From: a virus
DNA length: 46,248 bases
IMG/VR virus record: IMGVR_UViG_3300032163_000001
Location: 1 to 46,248 of that record
Direction: 5' to 3' (one strand)
The position numbers were made by a program, and so were the translations under genes. Every line of letters starts with the position of its first letter. The stretch's first letter is position 1. The notes beneath the pieces are model-generated. The model did no database searches. It was not told the DNA's origin and saw nothing but the letters and a program-made list of their open reading frames with translations. Positions 39,567-46,248 of this stretch are shown here, in pieces.

Positions 39567-40649
39567 TTGCCAAAGAGATTAGTTAATAAAAAATTTCTGC
39601 AGGAACAAGCTATTAAATTATATACGGAAGAATTTCTTAGTTTAAATCAAGTAGCAGAAGTTCTTAATATTAGTCAAAGACAAGTTTTTAGATTCGTAAA
39701 AGGTAAAACTAGAAGTATAGTAGAATCTAGAAGGATAACTTCAAAAGTCAAAAATTTAGATTTCTTTGATAATATAGATTCAGAAGAAAAAGCATATTTT
39801 CTTGGACTTATATATTCAGATGGTTGCTTACATGAAAATCGTGGAGTTACTATATCATTAGAAATAACGGATAAACATTTAATAGAGAAATTTTCTTCAA
39901 TTTTTAACTCAAATATCACATATGAAACAACAAGTAATGGATCAATCCATTGTCAAACTAGTATTTGGTCAGTCTACATAACTAGATCATTAGAAAAAGT
40001 AGGAATATATCCAAGGAAAAGTTCTTTGAAGGATGTAGATATTCTTAATAATTTACCAAAACATTTACTTAGACATTTTATTAGAGGTTTTTTAGATGGA
40101 GATGGATGTATATATGAAAGTAGAAAAGATACATATGGAGTTACTTTGAGTGGAAATAACGAAAATTTTATATTTAAATTAGCTGAAGAGATTAAAGATA
40201 ACTGTGATTTTAACTACCTTAGAATTTCAAAGAATTGTAAATGCAATTGTAGATCAATTACAATTCATGGAAATCTTAAATCGAAAGTTTTTCTTGACTG
40301 GTTATACAAAGATTCTAGTATATTCATGTACAGAAAAAAAGCTATTTATGAAAAAATAGTAGTCCAAGTAAATAACAAGAAATTTACTGGAGTTAGGTTC
40401 GATAAAAGAAATGGAAAATTTCGAGCTGTATTAGGTTACGAAGGGAAAAGAACATATTCAAAGTTTTGTATAAGTGAACAACAAGCTGCTGAACTCTATG
40501 ATAAAATGGCTACTAAACAAAATTATGAAAGATATCAACTAAATTTTCCAGAAAGATATGAGGAGTACTTAAAGAAAATAATACCAATATACTCCAAGGA
40601 GAAGGGAGGTCCCCATGCCACTCTGGAAATGCACCAAGTGTCACCATGA
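39567..40649 (+). CDS. LAGLIDADG homing endonuclease with an N-terminal HTH and a C-terminal AP2-like DNA-binding domain
   Basis: Two LAGLIDADG-type motifs, YFLGLIYSDGCL and FIRGFLDGDGCI. N-terminal LNQVAEVLNISQRQVFRFV is HTH-like. C-terminal GVRFDKRNGKFRAVLGYEGKRTYSKFCISEQQAAELYDK follows the AP2 pattern. TTG start with an AAGGAGG ribosome-binding site. Confidence 0.65.
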   Translation: MPKRLVNKKFLQEQAIKLYTEEFLSLNQVAEVLNISQRQVFRFVKGKTRSIVESRRITSKVKNLDFFDNIDSEEKAYFLGLIYSDGCLHENRGVTISLEITDKHLIEKFSSIFNSNITYETTSNGSIHCQTSIWSVYITRSLEKVGIYPRKSSLKDVDILNNLPKHLLRHFIRGFLDGDGCIYESRKDTYGVTLSGNNENFIFKLAEEIKDNCDFNYLRISKNCKCNCRSITIHGNLKSKVFLDWLYKDSSIFMYRKKAIYEKIVVQVNNKKFTGVRFDKRNGKFRAVLGYEGKRTYSKFCISEQQAAELYDKMATKQNYERYQLNFPERYEEYLKKIIPIYSKEKGGPHATLEMHQVSP

Positions 40650-40785
40650 GTGGGAAGGTTCCCATAAAGTGTGTGATTGGTGCAGCTCAGAAGGTTATAT
40701 TCTTGAAGAAGAAACTGCACTAGAAAAATCAATGAAAGAATTTGATTCTATTTTAAAGAGGTTGAAAAATGGCAAAAATAAGTGA
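40615..40785 (+). CDS. small zinc-ribbon protein (56 aa)
   Basis: MPLWKCTKCHHEWEGSHKVCDWC. GGGAGG ribosome-binding site. It overlaps the end of the LAGLIDADG gene in another frame. Confidence 0.3.
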   Translation: MPLWKCTKCHHEWEGSHKVCDWCSSEGYILEEETALEKSMKEFDSILKRLKNGKNK

Positions 40786-40969
40786 AGGTTTAAACTCTTA
40801 TAGTTATGAAGATGATCGAGTTAAACATACTGTAATAAAAAGAGAAGATGGTTCTAAATATGTTGAGCTCTATGATAAAAAACACCAAAATTATTGTTTC
40901 TTAGAAGAAAATGAACTTTCTCGAATTGACAGGATGTTTAGAAAACTAAAGTTAAGAGAAATAGGTTGA
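40769..40969 (+). CDS. hypothetical small protein
   Basis: 66-aa ORF. Confidence 0.35.
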   Translation: MAKISEGLNSYSYEDDRVKHTVIKREDGSKYVELYDKKHQNYCFLEENELSRIDRMFRKLKLREIG

Positions 40970-40987
40970 GTTAAAGAGGAGAAAATT

Positions 40988-41323
40988 ATGGAATTACTTG
41001 ATAAATATTTTGAGATTCAAAAACAGATCTATAACTATTTTGGATATGTGGAAGATTGGGTAATTATTCCTTTAGAAAACTCTACAGAAATGTTTTGGAT
41101 TTTAGATGAAGTTTCTGGATTTGTTCGATTTTCAGAAACAGAAGATAAGTTATTTTCAGATGGTGATTATTATAACAACTATATTTATACACAACGATTT
41201 TTACCAAGATGGGTTTATCCAGCGAAAGATTATACTATGATTTGTGTCGATACTCGTACTGATGGAAATAAGTTTCTTCAAGTATTTGATAATAGTAAGA
41301 AGAGGAATTTTAGAGGAAAATAA
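40988..41323 (+). CDS. hypothetical protein
   Basis: 111 aa with an AGAGGAGA ribosome-binding site. Confidence 0.45.
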   Translation: MELLDKYFEIQKQIYNYFGYVEDWVIIPLENSTEMFWILDEVSGFVRFSETEDKLFSDGDYYNNYIYTQRFLPRWVYPAKDYTMICVDTRTDGNKFLQVFDNSKKRNFRGK

Positions 41324-41324
41324 G

Positions 41325-41648
41325 ATGGGACTTATAAGTTCAAAAATTGAGCATACTGGTCACAAAGGATCTGGTAGAAAAAGTGGTTTTTGGGGCCGGA
41401 GGGCAGAAGCTAAATATAACTCCAAACGTAAACGAAGGTTGATGGATAAAGAATTAGTTAAGGAGAGTGAAATGGTTGCTTATACAGATGATGTTATGGC
41501 GAAACTTATTGTTGATGATATTGTTGATGATATTTCTGATAGAAGGGGCTTAAAAAGTGAGTGGTATGCAATAGACGAAGATATTCAAAAAGAAATTAAA
41601 GATACTTGGAAAAATATAGTGTTACAATATATTAAGAGGAGGAAGTAA
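41325..41648 (+). CDS. hypothetical protein
   Basis: ATG at 41325 immediately after the upstream stop. The track's longer 41244 start overlaps the previous gene. Confidence 0.4.
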   Translation: MGLISSKIEHTGHKGSGRKSGFWGRRAEAKYNSKRKRRLMDKELVKESEMVAYTDDVMAKLIVDDIVDDISDRRGLKSEWYAIDEDIQKEIKDTWKNIVLQYIKRRK

Positions 41649-41650
41649 TT

Positions 41651-41851
41651 ATGGAGAAGCATGAAGAACTTTTGAAATTTTACAGAGTTTATATAGATGA
41701 TTGTATTGAGAACACTACTGAAAAAGATCCAATTTATCCCATGTCTTTTGTTAAATGGGTAGGTATAGTTTATATTCCGTTGAAAGACAGTATGAAGAAA
41801 CTTTTGAAGAAAGAGGGTTTGGTTATAAAGCAATCGGAAGGAGGAGAATAA
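41651..41851 (+). CDS. hypothetical small protein
   Basis: AGGAGGAAG ribosome-binding site. Confidence 0.4.
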   Translation: MEKHEELLKFYRVYIDDCIENTTEKDPIYPMSFVKWVGIVYIPLKDSMKKLLKKEGLVIKQSEGGE

Positions 41852-42135
41852 TGAAAGGAAGTCATATGAAAAAAGTTTTATGTTTGCTTTTATTTGGTTT
41901 GATGATTGTATTTTTGTCTGGTTGTGGAAGTCCTAAAGTTATAGATGGAAAAGAATATGCTACATATGGACTTCTTAATGAACCTTCTATGAAGAATGAC
42001 AAAATTGAATATCGAACTATTATTGGGAATGTTGTTTGGGGAGTTGTTCTTTGTGAAACAATAATAGCTCCTGTATATTTCTTTGGATTTGATCTATATG
42101 AACCTGTTGGAAAGAAGGGTGAGGTAATGAAGTAA
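41851..42135 (+). CDS. lipoprotein (signal peptidase II substrate)
   Basis: MKGSHMKKVLCLLLFGLMIVFLSGCGSPK, i.e. an n-region, a hydrophobic core and an L-S-G-C lipobox. GGAGGAG ribosome-binding site. Confidence 0.6.
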   Translation: MKGSHMKKVLCLLLFGLMIVFLSGCGSPKVIDGKEYATYGLLNEPSMKNDKIEYRTIIGNVVWGVVLCETIIAPVYFFGFDLYEPVGKKGEVMK

Positions 42136-42155
42136 TTGATAAGGAGGAGAATAAA

Positions 42156-42446
42156 GTGAATAAAGGAGAACGAATAACTTTTGATATTCCAGGAGTTACG
42201 ACTTTTGTAATAGAATTATATGATGGTTCAAATGCATCAAAGTCTCACCCTCTAATGGTGTGGGCTGGAGGTTGCGGAATTGGGTATGCTTCTGATGTTC
42301 AAGATGCTTATCGAATTGTTACAGAATATGCTGAGAAGACATTATTGGATAGGAAAAAGAAATTAGCAGATGAGTTGTGTAAAATTGATGCAATGCTTAA
42401 TAAAACAGCACTACCAGATTGGATTCAATTGTTTAGGAAAGGATAG
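42156..42446 (+). CDS. hypothetical protein
   Basis: GTG start with an AGGAGGAG ribosome-binding site. Confidence 0.4.
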   Translation: MNKGERITFDIPGVTTFVIELYDGSNASKSHPLMVWAGGCGIGYASDVQDAYRIVTEYAEKTLLDRKKKLADELCKIDAMLNKTALPDWIQLFRKG

Positions 42447-42456
42447 GAGAGATAGA

Positions 42457-42636
42457 ATGCGAAAAAAATATTACGCAGTAGTGGCAGCAGGGATTGTCAG
42501 AATGCAGAAAGCTAAAGATGAAGATGAAGCTTCAAGATTGGCTTTTGGAATGGTGAGTTCTGGAATTAAGGCGATAGAATTAAGTACGAATAAAGTTGAA
42601 GCTTATAAAAAGCTAGATGAAATGGGGTTAAACTAA
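42457..42636 (+). CDS. hypothetical small protein
   Basis: ATG at 42457 with a GGAGAG ribosome-binding site, preferred over the overlapping 42370 start. Confidence 0.3.
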   Translation: MRKKYYAVVAAGIVRMQKAKDEDEASRLAFGMVSSGIKAIELSTNKVEAYKKLDEMGLN

Positions 42637-42947
42637 TGGATGAAATAAGACATTCTTTGTTAGAAAGGTTTCATAAAGATCCAATCCTTAAAGAAGCAGA
42701 TCCTAAAGCAATAACATCATTTGTTGTAAAGATTTTGAATCTTTTAAGAGAAGGACATACAGTAAATAATATCAGTTTTTATTGGACAAGAGGTATACGA
42801 TATAAACCAGGATCATCTCCGAATTTAAGAGCTACAATGGATATTGATGGAAAATCTAATAGATTTTGGTTCAATCCAGATTTGTATCATGCTAGATGGC
42901 ATAATACTAGTAAAGAAAACAAACGAAAAAACAAAGAGGAAAAATAA
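42636..42947 (+). CDS. hypothetical protein
   Basis: 103-aa ORF with start/stop overlap. Confidence 0.4.
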   Translation: MDEIRHSLLERFHKDPILKEADPKAITSFVVKILNLLREGHTVNNISFYWTRGIRYKPGSSPNLRATMDIDGKSNRFWFNPDLYHARWHNTSKENKRKNKEEK

Positions 42948-44249
42948 ATGGATAATCTTATTCCAGAATTATATAGGGATTATGGACTCTACGTCAATTA
43001 TTTTAGAGCTTTTCCACTGAGTGTTGATGGATTAAAACCAGTAGAAAGACGAATCTTGCTATCTACATATGAAATAGCAAAAGATAAATTTGTTAAATCT
43101 GCTAGAATTGATGGACATTGTTTAGGTCATTATCATCCACATTCTTCTTCTTATTCAACAATAGTTCAGTTAGTGAATCAAGGTTTTTTAGATGGGCAAG
43201 GTAACTGGGGAATGGATTCTGGAGTTGAACCTAATCCAGCTGCTGCAATGAGATATACTGAATGTCGACTTTCTAAGTTCATTAATGATTTAACATTTAA
43301 ATTGATAGATTATGTTCCAGTTCAACCTAGTGAATTAGACGACGAACCAGTATATCTTCCGACTATGTTCCCACTGTGTTTATTAGGTAACAGTTATAGT
43401 GTAGGAATAGGCTTTGGTTTTAAAACTTTAATTCCATGTTATAAAGTTGAAGACTTAAAAGAAAGACTTCTATTCTTATTAGGAAAAACAAAGAAGAAAC
43501 CTACTATAAAACCAATATCAGATTGTGGGATTTTATCTGGAGAACAAGATCTAGAAACTTTATTAACAACTGGAAAAGCAACAATTCAAACTAGAGGAGT
43601 GATTGAAATTGACTATAGACAATGTAAAGTTACTGTTAAGTCTTGGCCTTTTGTTAGACGATTTGAATCTATCCTTTCTAAATTTTCTAAAGAACTTGAA
43701 AACCAAGATGTTGGATTTACTGATCTTTCTACGGATAAAACTAAGATTGTATTTGAAGTTTTAAAACAAAGAAGCAGAGATGAAATATTCAAATCTTTTG
43801 TTAAGAAGTTACAGAGCGCACTAACAGGGGCAGTGTCGTTCGAAATAACTGTTGTGGATGTAAGTAGACAAAGAATTAGAACTATGTCTGTAGATCAAAT
43901 GCTATTAGAAACGTATAAAATGTTTTTAAAAACAAATGAAGTAATGCTGAAATCAACTATTTCAAAGATAGATGAACATATCACAGAAAATAAAATACTA
44001 CAAAAGGTGATTCCATCATTGAAAAAACATATGGGAAGAGAAAGTAACATTAGTAATACAATTGAAGAAATTAGTAAAGAAACACATGTAGCTGGAGAAA
44101 TAATTGCTAAGTTATTTAACAAGTATAGGATAAACAAGTTACTAACAGTGTCTTTGGATACAGCAGATTTAGAGAGGGATAAGTTAGTATATGTTAAGAA
44201 CTTAGGAAATATTGATGAGTTTGTTGTAAATCAATACGAGAAGTTGTAG
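42948..44249 (+). CDS. type II DNA topoisomerase breakage-reunion subunit (GyrA N-terminal domain or T4 gp52-like)
   Basis: RAFPLSVDGLKPVERRIL matches the GyrA motif RALPDVRDGLKPVHRRVL. AAMRYTECRL matches AAMRYTEARL, which holds the catalytic Tyr. Confidence 0.75.
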   Translation: MDNLIPELYRDYGLYVNYFRAFPLSVDGLKPVERRILLSTYEIAKDKFVKSARIDGHCLGHYHPHSSSYSTIVQLVNQGFLDGQGNWGMDSGVEPNPAAAMRYTECRLSKFINDLTFKLIDYVPVQPSELDDEPVYLPTMFPLCLLGNSYSVGIGFGFKTLIPCYKVEDLKERLLFLLGKTKKKPTIKPISDCGILSGEQDLETLLTTGKATIQTRGVIEIDYRQCKVTVKSWPFVRRFESILSKFSKELENQDVGFTDLSTDKTKIVFEVLKQRSRDEIFKSFVKKLQSALTGAVSFEITVVDVSRQRIRTMSVDQMLLETYKMFLKTNEVMLKSTISKIDEHITENKILQKVIPSLKKHMGRESNISNTIEEISKETHVAGEIIAKLFNKYRINKLLTVSLDTADLERDKLVYVKNLGNIDEFVVNQYEKL

Positions 44250-44258
44250 GAGATAATT

Positions 44259-44480
44259 ATGAGACAGCTAATAACAAGACTTACTGCTAGACAAATAGTT
44301 GCTGAACTTTGCGAGACAGGGAATTTACTTAGGTTTATAGATAGATGTATGAGTGAAGCGAGTTGGTATGGAATGTATTCTTATTATAATCGATCGTTAT
44401 TTCAAGGTTTTATAAAAGAAGCACTAGAAGAAAGGGGGTTAACTCATGTTTCTAGTAGAGAAAACATTTTAGAGTTTTAA
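44259..44480 (+). CDS. hypothetical small protein; its 3' end contains copy 1 of a 46-bp direct repeat
   Basis: 73 aa with a GTAGGAGA ribosome-binding site. Confidence 0.4.
   Translation: MRQLITRLTARQIVAELCETGNLLRFIDRCMSEASWYGMYSYYNRSLFQGFIKEALEERGLTHVSSRENILEF
44424..44469 (+). repeat. direct repeat copy 1 (46 bp, 3 mismatches) of the QueD gene start region
   Basis: ctagaagaaagggggttaactcatgtt is identical at 44424-44450 and 44756-44782, with similarity continuing about 19 nt further. Confidence 0.7.
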
Positions 44481-44495
44481 TAAAAAGGGGTTAAT

Positions 44496-44756
44496 ATGGA
44501 AAAAGAATTATGTCCTTATTGTAGAAAAGAGCTTAGATTTACTGTAGAAAACTGGTCAAAAACATTTATGATAGTTGATAATAAAACTATAAAAGATATC
44601 ACAAGTTATTATTCTGATATGTCAGTATTTTTTATATGTGATAATTCTTTGTGTTCTAGAAAAGGGACTTATGTTGAAAAAGAGTTACTATCTAAAAAGT
44701 GCGATGATACTATAATGGAAATAGTAGAACTTCTTAATGACACTGTATTATTTTAA
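44496..44756 (+). CDS. zinc-ribbon small protein located between the direct repeats
   Basis: CPYCRKEL...CDNSLCSRKG. Confidence 0.4.
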   Translation: MEKELCPYCRKELRFTVENWSKTFMIVDNKTIKDITSYYSDMSVFFICDNSLCSRKGTYVEKELLSKKCDDTIMEIVELLNDTVLF

Positions 44757-44801
44757 CTAGAAGAAAGGGGGTTAACTCATGTTCCTAATAGAGAAGACAT
44801 T
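44756..44801 (+). repeat. direct repeat copy 2, carrying the ribosome-binding site and start of the QueD-like gene
   Basis: See copy 1. Confidence 0.7.
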
Positions 44802-45189
44802 TAGAATTGCGATGGGTCATAGACTTAGTCAACATCAGGGTTTGTGTAAAAATTTTCATGGGCATAACTTTGTTATAAAAGTTGGTGTCTCTAGAAAAGA
44901 TTTAAATTCTGGGGGTATGATAGTCGATTTTTCAGATTTGAAAGATGTTGTAAATATGGTGCTTAAACCATTCGATCATGCTATGGTAATAAATGGAAAT
45001 GAAAATATGGAAATAAGAGAAAAATTTCGTGATTTTAAACTACTTATGATTGATGGAGAACCTACAGCAGAAAATCTATCTAAGTTTTTCTATGATGCAA
45101 TTCGAGCAGTTCTTTCTGAAAGACTAGATTTAGAATATGTTGACGTTTGGGAAAATGAAGATTCTATGGCGATGTATACGCCAGATTAA
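44779..45189 (+). CDS. queD: 6-carboxy-5,6,7,8-tetrahydropterin synthase (QueD/PTPS family)
   Basis: FRIAMGHRLSQHQGLCKNFHGHNF contains the CxxxHGH zinc motif. GMIVDFSDLK and FDHAMVIN match the PTPS DF and DH..LN motifs. Confidence 0.7.
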   Translation: MFLIEKTFRIAMGHRLSQHQGLCKNFHGHNFVIKVGVSRKDLNSGGMIVDFSDLKDVVNMVLKPFDHAMVINGNENMEIREKFRDFKLLMIDGEPTAENLSKFFYDAIRAVLSERLDLEYVDVWENEDSMAMYTPD

Positions 45190-45202
45190 AAGGACTAAAA
45201 AT

Positions 45203-45433
45203 ATGAGATGGAAAAATGGGGGTAGTAGAAGGAAGTTTGGTGTTAAAGAAAAGTTTGCATGGTTACCAATATTATGTAAAGGATTTGGAGGAATCAGAGT
45301 GTGGGTATGGTTAGAAAAAATCTATGTAAGAATGTGGGTAAGGTGCGGTAGTTATACTATAAGTTACTATACTCCAGAAAGAATGCTTGAAAATAAAGTG
45401 AGAGAAGAAGAAGTTGAAGGGGTGATAAAATGA
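45203..45433 (+). CDS. hypothetical small basic Trp-rich protein
   Basis: ATG at 45203 with an AAAGGA ribosome-binding site. The track start at 45137 overlaps queD. Confidence 0.3.
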   Translation: MRWKNGGSRRKFGVKEKFAWLPILCKGFGGIRVWVWLEKIYVRMWVRCGSYTISYYTPERMLENKVREEEVEGVIK

Positions 45434-45636
45434 AAGAGCACAAAATAAAAGTTCGAAAAGACTATCCAATGTGTGGTGGTATGATTATTCCAGAAGGAAC
45501 TATTTTGAAGTTGATAGATGTAAGTAAACCTTCAGCTGAAGTTTATGTTGATAAAGAAGGAAATGAATTTACATTTGATACTAGTGAAATTTTGTTTTCT
45601 GGATGCTTTTGTAACACAGATGAGGAGTTTAAATAA
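45430..45636 (+). CDS. hypothetical small protein
   Basis: 68-aa ORF whose ATGA overlaps the upstream stop. Confidence 0.35.
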   Translation: MKEHKIKVRKDYPMCGGMIIPEGTILKLIDVSKPSAEVYVDKEGNEFTFDTSEILFSGCFCNTDEEFK

Positions 45637-45662
45637 ATGTAAGTTTGTAAGGAGTGTGATAT

Positions 45663-45920
45663 ATGAATATTATAAAAAGTCTCTGTAACTTATTTAGAAA
45701 GAAAGATGGGATATGGATTAATGGATTACAACGTGTAACTAAAGAAGAACTAAAAGATCCTTTAGTCAAGTCTTTTTATGAAGATAAAGAGTGTCCAGAT
45801 TGTAAAAATAAAGAGTTCTTAGAAGGGCCACACGGGGGAGCTTGTATTAATATCAAATGTTCGTCTTGTGGTTCTAAATTTAATATTTGTCCAGAGATTG
45901 GTCTTATTGAGAGGATCTAG
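45663..45920 (+). CDS. zinc-ribbon small protein
   Basis: CPDCKNKEF...CINIKCSSCGSKF. AAGGAG ribosome-binding site. Confidence 0.4.
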   Translation: MNIIKSLCNLFRKKDGIWINGLQRVTKEELKDPLVKSFYEDKECPDCKNKEFLEGPHGGACINIKCSSCGSKFNICPEIGLIERI

Positions 45921-45923
45921 AAA

Positions 45924-46248
45924 ATGTATGACTTTAAACTAACGTCAGGAATATGCATTCCAAAAGAATGTGGTAGTCAGTCGTTCTATTCATCTATAAA
46001 AGAACACCTAATAAGGAGGATGAAAGACTATCAAACTTCTGCTTATAGTTTTTATATTTTTTATATTGAGGGAGACAGAATTTTAAAAGTTCCAAGATTC
46101 TTTCCTATTCAACAATATGTTTCTTGTAGTATAGTAGATAATATTTCCGATGGTCAAGATATTTCAATTAATCACAATATACAATTAAGAGATGATCTAC
46201 AAAAAGATATCGTTAGATATATGTTGAGTAATGATAAAGGCATTATTC
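45924..46248 (+). CDS. 3'-truncated ORF, possibly the N-terminus of an SF2 (UvsW-like) helicase
   Basis: IQLRDDLQKDIVRYMLSNDKGII precedes the point where a Walker A would be expected. It runs off the window end. Confidence 0.3.
   Translation, partial: MYDFKLTSGICIPKECGSQSFYSSIKEHLIRRMKDYQTSAYSFYIFYIEGDRILKVPRFFPIQQYVSCSIVDNISDGQDISINHNIQLRDDLQKDIVRYMLSNDKGII

Noticed and set aside
1824-41833. All other minus-strand and nested ORFs in the six-frame track (e.g. 1824-2126+, 3152-3382-, 9727-10071-, 20668-21036-, 21037-21542-, 34233-34553-, 41585-41833-)
   Set aside because: They lie inside longer plus-strand genes that have recognisable domains, lack ribosome-binding sites, and have low-complexity AT-rich codon-noise composition.
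1-46248. Alternative genetic code (stop-codon reassignment), as seen in some large gut phages
   Set aside because: ORFs are long and contiguous under the standard code, with genes ending on TAA, TAG and TGA and starting immediately afterwards. There is no sign of in-frame stop read-through.

Overview
The window reads as a single-strand-polarity block from a large, AT-rich (about 30% GC) double-stranded DNA phage. About 65 plus-strand open reading frames are tightly packed, most preceded by AGGAGG-type ribosome-binding sites and many with ATGA or TAATG start/stop overlaps. All minus-strand ORFs in the supplied track look spurious. From start to end the window contains the following.

- A collagen-like Gly-Pro-Thr repeat fibre gene pair, in the style of BclA or phage tail fibres.
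- A RuvC-like resolvase and a cupin protein.
- A ribonucleotide reductase carrying an unusual N-terminal extension, with an HNH/NUMOD-type homing endonuclease immediately downstream.
- A RecA/UvsX-like recombinase, a KH-domain protein and a Cas4-like Fe-S PD-(D/E)XK nuclease.
- A paralogous second HNH/NUMOD endonuclease and a baseplate gpV-like protein.
- A contiguous pair of full-length, unsplit multisubunit RNA polymerase beta-prime and beta genes. Two paralogous GIY-YIG homing endonuclease genes bracket the beta gene.
- A MoxR-like AAA+ ATPase coupled to a protein with an HExxH metallopeptidase-like domain plus a von Willebrand A domain, and a second stand-alone von Willebrand A protein.
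- A T4-style split type II topoisomerase, with the ATPase/Toprim subunit and the breakage-reunion subunit about 9 kb apart.
- A LAGLIDADG plus AP2 homing endonuclease.
- A lipobox lipoprotein.
- Many small Cys4 zinc-ribbon ORFs.
- A QueD (6-carboxytetrahydropterin synthase) homologue, which points to 7-deazaguanine DNA modification.

The noncoding space holds several GC-rich islands closed by long inverted repeats, an iteron-like AAAGG array and a long imperfect hairpin. I found no tRNA, rRNA or CRISPR array. All family assignments come from motifs read by eye in the translations, with no database search, so product calls are hypotheses with the stated confidence.
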